Source: an uncultured Candidatus Binatia bacterium (GTDB lineage: Bacteria; Desulfobacterota; Binatia; Bin18). From it: a DNA stretch of 64,000 nucleotides. The stretch is from contig CBDDQA010000006.1 in NCBI GenBank assembly GCA_965232605.1, positions 510,548 through 574,547 on the forward strand, written 5' to 3'. Below the pieces are notes generated by a model. The model searched no databases, had not been told where the DNA came from, and worked only from the letters and a program-made list of their open reading frames with translations. Position numbers and translations under genes: made by a program. This document shows, piece by piece, positions 50,170-60,038 of the stretch; within the stretch, counting starts at the first letter, position 1, and each line of letters opens with the position of its first letter.

Positions 50170-50586
50170 CTATGGATTCTCCGCAACTCTCTCCGGCTCT
50201 TCTCCTGGCGGGTAGACGTAAATAGCGACAGCTTTTCCTTCCCTATCTGGTAAAACTCCAAGAGACTTTGCTGCAATTTTAGCTTCAACGCTCGGTTCAA
50301 CGAGCGCCTCAAGAATCACCCCATTCGCTCCTATCTCAGCAGCCTTCCTCCGCATGGACTCATACATTTGCGACTCGTCTGTGTTTTCCGAGTCCCCTTT
50401 TGAGTGTAGAAGCGCTATTTCTTCGTATCTACCAGGCACTTGCTCCGCTGTCCGATAGAACTTAACTATAGACTCATTCGTACTGGTACGGCGAACCGTT
50501 GCCGTACCCAACATAGTGGCGTTGGTCGTGACACAACCAACGGCAAATACTAACATTACACACAGAAATACTCGTAGTGCTCCCAT
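50170..50586 (-). CDS. hypothetical lipoprotein (signal peptide plus LVFAVGC lipobox), low GC
   Basis: MGALRVFLCVMLVFAVGC. GC about 45%. Confidence 0.4.
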   Translation of the reverse strand: MGALRVFLCVMLVFAVGCVTTNATMLGTATVRRTSTNESIVKFYRTAEQVPGRYEEIALLHSKGDSENTDESQMYESMRRKAAEIGANGVILEALVEPSVEAKIAAKSLGVLPDREGKAVAIYVYPPGEEPERVAENP

Positions 50587-50693
50587 ACCTTCTTCCTTCT
50601 TTACTCTCTTACACCTCCATAGCGTGGTAAGAACGGGGCGGCTCACCAGCCACCCCTCCTATTGTCTCGACCCGGTATCGGGCAGAGACGGTC

Positions 50694-52145
50694 TTATTCC
50701 TTGCCAATTCGCGCCATCCTGCTGGCGTAGTCGCGCACCCGCTGCCAGTCGTACTCGCGATAGAGCTGCATCTTTTCGGCTTCCATGGAGCCCTCGGCGT
50801 GCAAAGCCAGCACTGCGTTATACCCGCCAAAGTCCGAGGTGGTGATGTCCTGAATCAGGTTAATCACCTGGAGCCGTTCCTTGCCCGAGGTGCCCTTCTT
50901 GCCTTTCAGGTATTTCTCGACCAGCGGTCCGGTCTCCTCGCTGCGCAGATCTTCCACCGCCGGAGCGGTCACCAGAATACCACCGGCCAAGTCCTGGACG
51001 TGCGACAGGGCTTGGTGAAAATCGGCCGCAAAATGATGCTTGGCGATATTCACGGTCGGAGGGTCGGGGATAACCATGTCGAAGTCGGTCTCGCGTGCCT
51101 TCAGACACGCCATATGGGTCAGCGAGCGGGTGGTTTCGGCATAGCTGGCCAGCCAGAACAGTTTTTCCTTGACATGGGCGGCTCTTTCAATGCCGTTGTA
51201 TTCGGCCATCAGACGCCCGGCACCGGCCAAGAGATCAAGGAAAGGTAATTTATAGGAGATCGCGGTCAGACGATGATACTCAACAAATGACAAAGCCAAA
51301 GGGCCGGCAAACTGCCATTCGCCCTGCAAGAAAATCCGCTCGTTGGGCACGAACACGTCATCAAAGATGGTCAGCGTTTCGGTCATTTTCACGCCCGAGC
51401 TGACCGGATGATCGAAGCTGTTGCGCTGGGTATACGAGCCGTAGCCGCTCATCAACAGCTTGAGCCCCGGCGTATCCAGCGGAATGGCAAAGGAGACCGC
51501 ATAGTCCTTGTCCTCTGCCCCCATGGCCCGGGTGGGCAGGACGATCATCTCGTTGGCGTGGGTGGTGTTTGAAGTGTGGACCTTGGCCCCCCGCACCACA
51601 ATGCCGTCGTCCCGCTCTTCCACAATGCGCAGATACAAATCCGGGTCTTCCTGTTCCGAGGGACGCAAGGCGCGGTCGCCCTTGGTGTCGGTCTGGGCCA
51701 GGGCAAAGCTGACGTCTTCTGTGCAGCAGTAATCATAAAAGGCTTTGACCCGTTGATAGTAGGCGGTTCCGCAGGCTTCATCTATTTTCCGGGAGGTCCG
51801 CAACAGGCCAAACAGCGCATCACTGCCGACCACTTTCGCCAGTACGACCAGCGTTCCGCCTTCCCGGCAGGCGGTCTCGATCAACTCACTTCGTTTGAGC
51901 AGTTGTTCCGTGTTCTGCGGCGGCAGAAAATAGCGGCTCATCTCTTCGCCGGTCTCGGGGTTACGGACCACGGCCAGCTCCCGATACTGCGGGTCGTGCA
52001 TGAGCCGATAGTCGGTTGCCTCATGATCGATGGCGGTTTGAACGAGCGGATGCCCGGTCACATCAGGGATGCGCTGGCCTCGAAAATAGACCTGCCGGTC
52101 GTCCTTCAGGCTGTCTTTGTATTGCTCAACCGTGCGTAGCGGCAT
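50694..52145 (-). CDS. HpaB/AbfD family flavoprotein (4-hydroxyphenylacetate 3-hydroxylase / 4-hydroxybutyryl-CoA dehydratase-like)
   Basis: 483 aa with family-like N-terminus MPLRTVEQYKDSLKDDRQVYFRGQRI. Confidence 0.55.
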   Translation of the reverse strand: MPLRTVEQYKDSLKDDRQVYFRGQRIPDVTGHPLVQTAIDHEATDYRLMHDPQYRELAVVRNPETGEEMSRYFLPPQNTEQLLKRSELIETACREGGTLVVLAKVVGSDALFGLLRTSRKIDEACGTAYYQRVKAFYDYCCTEDVSFALAQTDTKGDRALRPSEQEDPDLYLRIVEERDDGIVVRGAKVHTSNTTHANEMIVLPTRAMGAEDKDYAVSFAIPLDTPGLKLLMSGYGSYTQRNSFDHPVSSGVKMTETLTIFDDVFVPNERIFLQGEWQFAGPLALSFVEYHRLTAISYKLPFLDLLAGAGRLMAEYNGIERAAHVKEKLFWLASYAETTRSLTHMACLKARETDFDMVIPDPPTVNIAKHHFAADFHQALSHVQDLAGGILVTAPAVEDLRSEETGPLVEKYLKGKKGTSGKERLQVINLIQDITTSDFGGYNAVLALHAEGSMEAEKMQLYREYDWQRVRDYASRMARIGKE

Positions 52146-52186
52146 AGGATAATCCTCGCTTTCAAAATTGCTCTCTTGTCATAATC

Positions 52187-52555
52187 GTGATGCACCCAAA
52201 GCTCAAGCAGGCCGTTCGGCTTTTTAACCGTCGGGAGTATTTTGACAGCCACCAGGTGCTCGAAGAGGTCTGGCAGGAAGCTGACACCGAGGACAAAACA
52301 TTCTACGAAGCCTTGATTCGCCTGGCCACGGGTCTCCACATGCGGTTCAATCGGGGCGGCTCACAGGGCGCGGTGAATCTGCTGACCCAGGCCCTCATGC
52401 GGCTTGAAGATTTTCGTCCGACTGCATACGGAATTGATGTTGCCCGACTGTACCGGGACATCGATACCCATGTCGCCGACCTCAAGACGGAAGACAAACC
52501 CAAGGTGGGGTTCTTCGAGCGCTGGAAAGTGCCCCGGATTTACCCTGCGGACTGA
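52187..52555 (+). CDS. DUF309 domain protein
   Basis: AVRLFNRREYFDSHQVLEEVWQE...GLH pattern. Confidence 0.5.
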   Translation: MMHPKLKQAVRLFNRREYFDSHQVLEEVWQEADTEDKTFYEALIRLATGLHMRFNRGGSQGAVNLLTQALMRLEDFRPTAYGIDVARLYRDIDTHVADLKTEDKPKVGFFERWKVPRIYPAD

Positions 52556-52557
52556 AC

Positions 52558-53100
52558 TCAGCGTCGGAGCTGATCGATCGAATACGTCCCGGCCGTAGGC
52601 TCTAACTCGACCTCGAACGATTCCATCACCCGCGCCACCATGCCGTAGAAACCAATGGCCAGGGCCAGCTCAACCATCTGCCGTGGCCCCAAATCCTTCT
52701 CCAGGGCGGCGAAAGTCTCGGCCGACGCTTTGACATCCTGCGTGACCTCATCGGTAAAACGGAGCACATTCTTTTCCACTGCATTAAAAGCGTCCGCGTC
52801 GGCCCCTTGGGGGATAGCCTCAACCTGAGCGTCCGTGACCCCCGTCTCTTTGGCGAGGGGCACATGCTGGGTCCACTCATAGTTGGCCCCGGTCAGATGG
52901 GCGACGCGCAGGATGGCCAGCTCACGCAGATGGTCGTCCAGCTCTTGTTTCGTCAGAATGGACTGGCCAAAAACGAGCAGCGGTATGGCGTTCGTCGGCG
53001 CGTTCAGAAACATCTTCATGATATTGAGCGGCGGGAGCTTTTCCGCCGCGCCGCGCACCTTTTCCGGTAAGTCTTCCAGCCTGGGATAGGGAATACGAGC
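52558..53100 (-). CDS. carboxymuconolactone decarboxylase family protein (AhpD-like)
   Basis: CMD-domain pattern (LRELAILRVAHLTGANYEWTQH). Confidence 0.65.
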   Translation of the reverse strand, partial: ARIPYPRLEDLPEKVRGAAEKLPPLNIMKMFLNAPTNAIPLLVFGQSILTKQELDDHLRELAILRVAHLTGANYEWTQHVPLAKETGVTDAQVEAIPQGADADAFNAVEKNVLRFTDEVTQDVKASAETFAALEKDLGPRQMVELALAIGFYGMVARVMESFEVELEPTAGTYSIDQLRR

Positions 53101-53246
53101 CATGCTTCCTCCTTTTGGTGTCAGTATCAAACCGGCCCCGACCCTAACGCGCGCGGCTGACCGAAGTCAATGCACGCCCTGCTCCCTTTCGACCCAGCGA
53201 CAATCTCTGTTACACTCCGTCCTCCTGTTAAGGAGTACCCACAGGC

Positions 53247-54314
53247 ATGGACATCCCCCTCACGCGTATTCAGCAGCCCAAACCCAAACCGCCCGATGAC
53301 ACACTCGGGTTTGGCCAGATTTTTACCGATCATATGTTTCTTCTGGACGGGGTTGCCGATACGGGCTGGTCCAACCCACGTATCGTGCCGTATGGGCCCC
53401 TGTCGCTGGAGCCGGCTACCGTCGGCCTCCACTACGCTCAAGCTATCTTTGAGGGACTCAAGGCCTATCGTTCACCGGACGATAAAATTCTGCTCTTTCG
53501 GCCAGACCGCAATATCGCCCGCTTCAATCGCTCTGCCGCCCGGCTGTGCGTCCCGCCGATTGACCCGAAACTCTTTCTCTCGGCGCTCAAGCAGTTGGTG
53601 AAACTGGACCAGGACTGGGTGCCGCATGCGCCCGGCACCTCCCTGTATATCCGGCCGGTTGCTTTTGCCTGCGACCCCGACCTGCGGGTGCGACCATCTC
53701 ACACCTACCAGTTCTTTATTATTCTCTCGCCGGTCGCCGCCTATTATGCCGAAGGCTTCAAACCGCTCCGTATCCGGGTGGAAGACCGCTATGTGCGGGC
53801 CGTGCGAGGCGGAACCGGGGCCGCCAAAACCGCGGGAAATTATGGGGGCAGCTTATTCGCCGGCGAAGAGGCTCACAAAGACGGTTTTGCCCAGGTGTTG
53901 TGGCTCGACGGCGTTGAACAGCAATACATCGAAGAAGTCGGCTCCATGAATATCGCCTTCGTGCTCGGCGATGAGCTCGTCACTCCACCAGTCACGGGGA
54001 CGATTCTCGAAGGCGTGACCCGCGCCTCCGTGCTCCAACTCGCCCAGGACTTTGGGCTGCGGGTGGCAGAGCGACCTATTACCATCACCGAAGTCCTGAC
54101 CGCGGCGCGGAACGGACTGTTGCGCGAGGTGTTCGGTGCCGGCACCGCAGCCGTCATCTCGCCGGTCAGCGAGCTGTCATATAAAGACGAGACGGTTGTC
54201 GTCAATAACGGCCAGGTCGGCCCGCTGTCTCAACGCCTGTTTGACGAGTTGTCCGCCATCCAGCGCGGTCTGACACCCGACCGCCACGGCTGGATGGTGG
54301 CGGTCGAGGGCTAG
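53247..54314 (+). CDS. ilvE: branched-chain amino acid aminotransferase
   Basis: Class IV aminotransferase with lysine motif in GGTGAAKTAGNY, and EVGSMNIAFV. Confidence 0.85.
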   Translation: MDIPLTRIQQPKPKPPDDTLGFGQIFTDHMFLLDGVADTGWSNPRIVPYGPLSLEPATVGLHYAQAIFEGLKAYRSPDDKILLFRPDRNIARFNRSAARLCVPPIDPKLFLSALKQLVKLDQDWVPHAPGTSLYIRPVAFACDPDLRVRPSHTYQFFIILSPVAAYYAEGFKPLRIRVEDRYVRAVRGGTGAAKTAGNYGGSLFAGEEAHKDGFAQVLWLDGVEQQYIEEVGSMNIAFVLGDELVTPPVTGTILEGVTRASVLQLAQDFGLRVAERPITITEVLTAARNGLLREVFGAGTAAVISPVSELSYKDETVVVNNGQVGPLSQRLFDELSAIQRGLTPDRHGWMVAVEG

Positions 54315-54354
54315 TCCCCGAGCCCGGATTTGCCGTCAAAGGAGGAACCGCCAG

Positions 54355-55095
54355 ATGAATCAAGCCACACAGCGAAACAGCCGGCGCGCAGCGTTCTCAT
54401 TGAGCATGGGGGTGCTTGCGATCGTGCTCGGCGGGCTCGGCGGGCTCGGCGCTCGCGTGGATACGTGGTTATATGGCCTCGGACTCCTGTTTATGCCGCT
54501 TGGGCTGCTGGTGGGAGTGAGCGGCTTGCTACTCGGACTCATTGCCTTGCTGCGGCGGCGGAAGGCGGGAGAGCCACTGGGATTCGCAGCCGCCGGGACA
54601 GGCGTTTCGGCGCTGGGCTCTCTCTATGTCGGCAGCCTGGTCCTGACGACCGTTCCCGCGGTCCCGATTCACAACGTGAGCACAGATATCGAGGATCCGC
54701 CCGAGTTCACCGCGGTCGCCTCGCTGCGCGGCGCAGGCGACAACCCGCTTTTGTATGACAGCGCAACGCTCGGACCCTTGCAGCGCGCCATTCATCCCGA
54801 CCTCGGACCGCTGGTGACGGATATGCCGCGGGACCGGATGTACGAACTTGTGCGAGGCGTCCTCATCGCTATGGACCTGGAACTCGTACGCGAAGATCCC
54901 GACCAGGGTGAAATCGAAGCCGTTGCCACCACGTTCTGGCTCGGTTTCAAGGACGATCTCGTGGTCAGGCTGCGTGAAACCGAGGCCGGCACGCGCATGG
55001 ACATCCGTTCGGTCTCGCGGTTCGGAGGGTCCGATATCGGCACCAATACGGAGCGCATTTTCGAGATTTTCAGGCGGGTCGAAGACGCGGGCTAG
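54355..55095 (+). CDS. DUF1499 domain membrane protein
   Basis: N-terminal TM segments and a DUF1499-like C-terminal region. Confidence 0.45.
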   Translation: MNQATQRNSRRAAFSLSMGVLAIVLGGLGGLGARVDTWLYGLGLLFMPLGLLVGVSGLLLGLIALLRRRKAGEPLGFAAAGTGVSALGSLYVGSLVLTTVPAVPIHNVSTDIEDPPEFTAVASLRGAGDNPLLYDSATLGPLQRAIHPDLGPLVTDMPRDRMYELVRGVLIAMDLELVREDPDQGEIEAVATTFWLGFKDDLVVRLRETEAGTRMDIRSVSRFGGSDIGTNTERIFEIFRRVEDAG

Positions 55096-55128
55096 AACCG
55101 TTTCTCCTGCTCATCCGCATCACACCGC

Positions 55129-56637
55129 TCATAGAGGCCCGTCCTCATCCAGGCCGTGCGCAGCCCGCTGGGTCACGGCGAAGTCCTCTTCGGGCGAGTA
55201 GACGAGAGTTTTGCGGCCGTACACGGCAAAATAGAGTACCGCCGCAGCATACCACACCGCACAGCCCCAGACGCCGACCCGGTAGTCCGGATTGAGGAAT
55301 AAAAAAAGCAGCGTAATCAGCGCAATGACGAAAGCCGTCCATGCGCCAGGCACACCGACCGGACTGCGATACGGACGCTCGATATCGGGCAGATGTTTCC
55401 GCAACAGGACGAATGACAACATCTGGAGCATATACGAGATCACGGCTCCAAAGACGGCCATATTGAGCAGGACCGCCCCGACTGGAACATCGCCGAATAT
55501 GGCCTCGGAGTAATGAATCGCCAGGGCCACACCGTAGCCGATAAGCGCTCCAATCATGAGCGCGATATGGGGGGTTTGACGGGTGCCGTGGGTGACGGAC
55601 ATCCAGTGGGGGAAATAGCCCGCTCGGGACAGGGAGTAGATATTGCGCCCATAGGCAAAAATGATGGTGTGAAAGCTGGCGATCAAACCGGCCACCGCAA
55701 TCAGGGCTAACAGCTTTGTGCCGATTCCCTGGCCAAAAATTGTCCGAAAGCCCAGGAACAGCGGCTCGTCAGACAGCCCCACCTCCTTGGCTCCAGGGGC
55801 GATCCCCGCGTTCAGGAAGAGGATGGCGAAAGCCGTGCAGATGAGGGTCAGCAGGCCCAGCAGAATGCTTTTCGGCATGTCCCGTTTTGGGTCGTGCGAC
55901 TCTTCTGCCGCCAAGGGCAATTCCTCAATCGCCAGATAAAACCAGATCGCAAACGGCAAGGCCCACGCAATGCCCAGCCAGCCTTTGGGCAAGAACCGGC
56001 TCGCTCCCCCGTCCGGTTCGATGGTGAGCACCCACTCCCAGGAGAAATGCGCTATGGCCCCAATACAGAAAATCAGCAGGATGGCCAGCGCAACAAACGT
56101 GATGAACACGGCAAACCGAAACGTGAGTTCCACTCCCCAGATGTTCAGGCCAACAAAGACGACATAGGCCAGCAGCCACCACACCGGAGCAAACGCCTCA
56201 GGCGTCTCAAAGATCGCACCCAGATACCCGCCAATGCCGACCACGATGACTGCCGGGGTCAGCACATATTCGATATTTTCTCCGAGTCCGGTGATAAAGC
56301 CGCCCCAGGGTCCGAGCGCCGAGCGACCGAACGAGTAGGCGCCGCCGGTATGCGGCAGGGCGGGAGACATCTCGGCAATGGAATAACAGAGACCGATGTA
56401 CATGACGGTGATGATGACCGTTGCGATAAAGAGACCCCAAAAACCACCGGCCGCCAAGCCGAAGTTCCAGCCAAAAAAGTCGCCGGAGATCACCGCGCCG
56501 ACACCCAGCGCCCAGAGCGACCAGACGCGGGCATGACGCCGCAATTGGCGCTGCTCAAAATACGCGGCATCGCGCTGCTGGTATTCTACCCCGGTACGGG
56601 TGTGAGTCTCTGCTCTTTTCTGCATCACGATTCCCAT
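55129..56637 (-). CDS. APC-family amino acid/ethanolamine permease
   Basis: 12 TM segments, with a GAVISGDFFGWNFG motif typical of Eat/EutP-like permeases. Confidence 0.75.
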   Translation of the reverse strand: MGIVMQKRAETHTRTGVEYQQRDAAYFEQRQLRRHARVWSLWALGVGAVISGDFFGWNFGLAAGGFWGLFIATVIITVMYIGLCYSIAEMSPALPHTGGAYSFGRSALGPWGGFITGLGENIEYVLTPAVIVVGIGGYLGAIFETPEAFAPVWWLLAYVVFVGLNIWGVELTFRFAVFITFVALAILLIFCIGAIAHFSWEWVLTIEPDGGASRFLPKGWLGIAWALPFAIWFYLAIEELPLAAEESHDPKRDMPKSILLGLLTLICTAFAILFLNAGIAPGAKEVGLSDEPLFLGFRTIFGQGIGTKLLALIAVAGLIASFHTIIFAYGRNIYSLSRAGYFPHWMSVTHGTRQTPHIALMIGALIGYGVALAIHYSEAIFGDVPVGAVLLNMAVFGAVISYMLQMLSFVLLRKHLPDIERPYRSPVGVPGAWTAFVIALITLLFLFLNPDYRVGVWGCAVWYAAAVLYFAVYGRKTLVYSPEEDFAVTQRAAHGLDEDGPL

Positions 56638-56778
56638 CTGCCTGAGTAGAGCCGGATTCCTCTACAAGCACGTTCTACATACCTGAGGGGGGTTAAGGCG
56701 AAAACGGGCCGGACTTGAACGCACGCGCGAGGGCAGATACAACGCAGGGACAATTTTTCAGAAAAGGGAGAAAGACCG

Positions 56779-57279
56779 ATGGATGCAGATGCCAAGAAAA
56801 CCGCTCTCCGCATGATCCCCTACGGCCTGTACGTGCTGACCGCGGAAAAAGACGGCGAGATCGCCGCGGCAACCGTGAACTGGGTAACCCAGACCGCCTT
56901 TGAGCCGCCGCTGGTCGTCGTTGGCGTCAAGGCCGACGCCAGCGCGCACGATGTCATCAAAAAAGCCGGCGCGTTTGCCCTCAACATCCTGGGTAAGGGA
57001 CAGCAGGGTCCGGCCTTCGCCTTTTTCAAGCCCGTTGAAAAAGACGGTAACACCATCAATGGTGAGGCATACGGCGCGGGCAGTACCGGCGCGCCAGTGC
57101 TCGAAAGCGTCCCGGCCTATGTCGAGTGCTCGTTGGAGCAAACCGTCGAGAACGGCGACCATTCTATTTTTGTCGGAAAAGTGGTGAATGCGGTTGTCCA
57201 GAAGCAGCCCGAAGGACGCGCGGACCTGGCCACGCTGCACATGGCCGACCTGGGAGACAAGGTCTTCTACGGCGGCTAA
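56779..57279 (+). CDS. flavin reductase-like domain protein (NAD(P)H:flavin oxidoreductase)
   Basis: IPYGLYVLTAEKDGEIAAATVNWVTQTAFEPPLVVVGV. Confidence 0.75.
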   Translation: MDADAKKTALRMIPYGLYVLTAEKDGEIAAATVNWVTQTAFEPPLVVVGVKADASAHDVIKKAGAFALNILGKGQQGPAFAFFKPVEKDGNTINGEAYGAGSTGAPVLESVPAYVECSLEQTVENGDHSIFVGKVVNAVVQKQPEGRADLATLHMADLGDKVFYGG

Positions 57280-57300
57280 AAGAATCCTGTTGCTGGCTGA

Positions 57301-57346
57301 CAGCCCCGGTGTTGCCCTTCCGGTCTGACACCGGGGCTTTTTTGTG
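57301..57346 (+). terminator. rho-independent terminator (agccccggtgt...acaccggggct then TTTTTTG)
   Basis: Read directly from the sequence, after the stop at 57279. Confidence 0.6.
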
Positions 57347-57426
57347 TCCGAGCCACTCCGTACTAACCTTGCGGCCCGTAGCGTAATTTGTTTAATTCGC
57401 CGATATTTCCAACACAGGAGGACAGC

Positions 57427-57732
57427 ATGGCCGATTTTGTCAAAGTGGCCTCAACGAGTGATATCCCCGCAGGCGAAGGCCGGTGTTTTGAGGTCAACGA
57501 TCAACAGGTAGCCATCTTCAATGTCGACGGCACCTTCTACGCCCTGGATAATGTGTGCCCGCACCAGGGCGGTCCATTAGGCGAAGGCGAATTAGACGGC
57601 AATATGGTCACCTGCCCGTGGCACGCCTGGGATTTCGATGTCACGACCGGAGAAAACAGCGATGACCCGGACGAAAAACAAGATACCTATGAGGTCAAAG
57701 TAGACGGCGACGATGTCCTAGTCGCTGTCTGA
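57427..57732 (+). CDS. Rieske [2Fe-2S] domain protein (NirD-like small subunit)
   Basis: CPHQGGPL...CPWHAWDF Rieske ligand motifs. ACAGGAGGA ribosome-binding site. Confidence 0.75.
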   Translation: MADFVKVASTSDIPAGEGRCFEVNDQQVAIFNVDGTFYALDNVCPHQGGPLGEGELDGNMVTCPWHAWDFDVTTGENSDDPDEKQDTYEVKVDGDDVLVAV

Positions 57733-57733
57733 A

Positions 57734-57787
57734 AAAGAGTAAACGTGTCCTCCAATACACAGGAGATGCCGGACACGTTTACTCTTT
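57734..57787 (+). promoter_or_regulatory. conserved 16-bp-stem hairpin element, copy A (aagagtaaacgtgtcc / 20-nt loop / ggacacgtttactctt)
   Basis: Perfect inverted repeat starting 2 nt after the Rieske gene stop and ending 8 nt before the Leu-DH start. A near-identical copy lies at 61801..61853. Confidence 0.55.
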
Positions 57788-57795
57788 CAACCCGT

Positions 57796-58872
57796 ATGGC
57801 GCTTTTTGAACGTATGCAGGCAGAGGACCACGAACAGGTGGTCTTCTGCACGGACCGCAACGCTGGCCTCACCGCTCTGATTGCCATCCACGATACCACC
57901 TTAGGACCCACCCTGGGTGGCATCCGTCTGCGGGCGTATGCCAGTGAAGAGGACGCAGTGACAGATGTTCTGCGCCTCTCCCAGGCCATGACCTATAAAG
58001 CCTCCCTGGCCGGTCTGGAGTATGGCGGCGGCAAGGCGGTTGTCGTTGCCAATAAGCCAGTAACGAATAGAGAAATTGTATTTCGCGCGCTGGGCCGCGC
58101 CATAGAGTCTTTAGCGGGTCGCTATATTCCAACCGAAGACATGGGCACGACGACCGCAGACATTGAACACGTCCGGGCGGAGAGTCGGTTCGGGGTCGGA
58201 CGGGCGGAGGCGTTTGGCGGTGGCGGAGACCCGTCTCCCATGACGGCCTGGGGAATCTTCTGTGGCTTGCGGGCGTCTCTCGAAGAAACGGACGGCAAGG
58301 CCGAATTTCAGGGCTTGACCGTGGCCCTGCCCGGTCTGGGAAAAGTCGGCTACTCCCTGGCCCAATACCTCCACCAAGCCGGGGCACGGCTGATAGTCGC
58401 GGATGTGGATGCAACTCGGGCCGACAAAGCGAAGGCCGAGCTCAGCGCCGAGGTTGTCGCCCCGACCGATATTCTGACCCAGCAGTGCGACATCCTCGCC
58501 CCCTGTGCCGCGGGTGGGATTTTCAATCCAGAGACGATTCCCCAACTCCGGTGCCGGATTATCGGCGGTGGGGCCAATAATCAGCTCCTGACCGAGGAAG
58601 ACGGAGACGCACTTCACGCGCGGGGCATTCTGTACGCGCCGGACTTTGCGATTAACGCCGGTGGGCTGATTAACGTCGCGGACGAGTTGGGTCCCGGCGG
58701 CTATCGTCGCGAGCGGGCCAAGGCCAAGACCGAACAGATTTACTCCACCCTGAAAACGCTTTTTGCCCAAGCCAAGCAGCGAGACATCCCGCCCCACCGT
58801 CTGGCCGTTACCCTGGCTCAGGAACGCATCCGGGCCGTGCGGAATTTGCGCCGGCTGAATACGGCGTCATGA
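57796..58872 (+). CDS. Glu/Leu/Phe/Val dehydrogenase family protein (leucine dehydrogenase-like)
   Basis: MALFERMQAEDHEQVVFCTD aligns with LeuDH N-termini. GLEYGGGKAVV motif. Confidence 0.8.
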   Translation: MALFERMQAEDHEQVVFCTDRNAGLTALIAIHDTTLGPTLGGIRLRAYASEEDAVTDVLRLSQAMTYKASLAGLEYGGGKAVVVANKPVTNREIVFRALGRAIESLAGRYIPTEDMGTTTADIEHVRAESRFGVGRAEAFGGGGDPSPMTAWGIFCGLRASLEETDGKAEFQGLTVALPGLGKVGYSLAQYLHQAGARLIVADVDATRADKAKAELSAEVVAPTDILTQQCDILAPCAAGGIFNPETIPQLRCRIIGGGANNQLLTEEDGDALHARGILYAPDFAINAGGLINVADELGPGGYRRERAKAKTEQIYSTLKTLFAQAKQRDIPPHRLAVTLAQERIRAVRNLRRLNTAS

Positions 58873-58926
58873 AGGGCCATTTTCGATCTTTCCTCACAAA
58901 TCCCTCTTTGCTATAGCCTCCTTACT

Positions 58927-60000
58927 ATGAAAAGTGCACTATCTGCCTGGCTTGAAAGCCAGGGCGTATCGCTCGCCAATGATCGCGGCGTTGAACTCCC
59001 GGACGCCTTTACTAATCCGCAAGACGAATACGCTGCCGTCTGCAAAAAAGCGGGGCTGATCGACCTGTCCTTTCGCACCCAGGTGAAATGCACGGGAGAG
59101 GATCGGACCGATTTTCTGCAGGGCATGTTGTCCAACGATGTCAAAGCTCTGCGACCCGGCGAGGGTTGTCCGGCAACGCTGCTGACGGAGCAGGGACGGA
59201 TTGTGGCGGACTTGCGCGTCTATGCGGAGGAGTCGGCCATCCTCCTCGACCTTGATGCCCGTATCAAGCAGAAGACGGTTGAAGCCCTCGACCGTTTTAT
59301 CATTGCCGACGATGTGGAGCTCGAAGACCTGAGCGCCCACCAGGTCACTCTTGCGGTCCAGGGTCCGACCGCGGCAGAGATCGTGGCAGCAGCCGGTCTC
59401 TCTGCCTTGCCGGAGCAGGAATTACAGCACCGGGACGCAACGATTGCAGATGTCCCGGTCCGAGTGATTCGCTCCGACCAGACCGGCAAGAGTGGCTATG
59501 AGTTCCACATTCCCAGCGACCGGGCAGCCGTCGTCTGGCAGGCACTCGCTCAACTCGACGGGTTGCTTCCCGTTGGCCACACTGCGCTGAATATGCTGCG
59601 CGTTGAGGCCGGCATTCCGTGGTATGGACTCGATATGGACGAGGACAGAATCGTGCTGGAGGTCGGCCTCGACCGAGCCATTAGTTTTCATAAGGGCTGT
59701 TATCTGGGCCAGGAAGTCGTCGAGCGAGCGGCGGCGCGCGGGCATATGAATCGTCTGCTCAGCGGGTTTCTGTTGCAAAATGAAGGGCAGGCTGCATTGC
59801 CGACACGCGGCGACCGACTTTTGAAGGACGACAAGGACGTCGGCTGGCTGACCAGTGTCACCACCTCCCCAACCCTGGGCCGACCGATTGCCCTGGGTTA
59901 TGTCCGGCGCGAACATGGCGAGCCAGGCACCCGGCTGCGGATTGACAGGCCGGACACGGACATGATAGTCGAGGTGACCAAGTTACCGTTTCTACAGTAG
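58927..60000 (+). CDS. GcvT/YgfZ-family folate-binding aminomethyltransferase-like protein
   Basis: Glycine-cleavage T-protein fold signature regions. 357 aa. Confidence 0.65.
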   Translation: MKSALSAWLESQGVSLANDRGVELPDAFTNPQDEYAAVCKKAGLIDLSFRTQVKCTGEDRTDFLQGMLSNDVKALRPGEGCPATLLTEQGRIVADLRVYAEESAILLDLDARIKQKTVEALDRFIIADDVELEDLSAHQVTLAVQGPTAAEIVAAAGLSALPEQELQHRDATIADVPVRVIRSDQTGKSGYEFHIPSDRAAVVWQALAQLDGLLPVGHTALNMLRVEAGIPWYGLDMDEDRIVLEVGLDRAISFHKGCYLGQEVVERAAARGHMNRLLSGFLLQNEGQAALPTRGDRLLKDDKDVGWLTSVTTSPTLGRPIALGYVRREHGEPGTRLRIDRPDTDMIVEVTKLPFLQ

Positions 60001-60038
60001 ATATTACTTGTAGAGGCATATCACGACAGGAGGGATCA

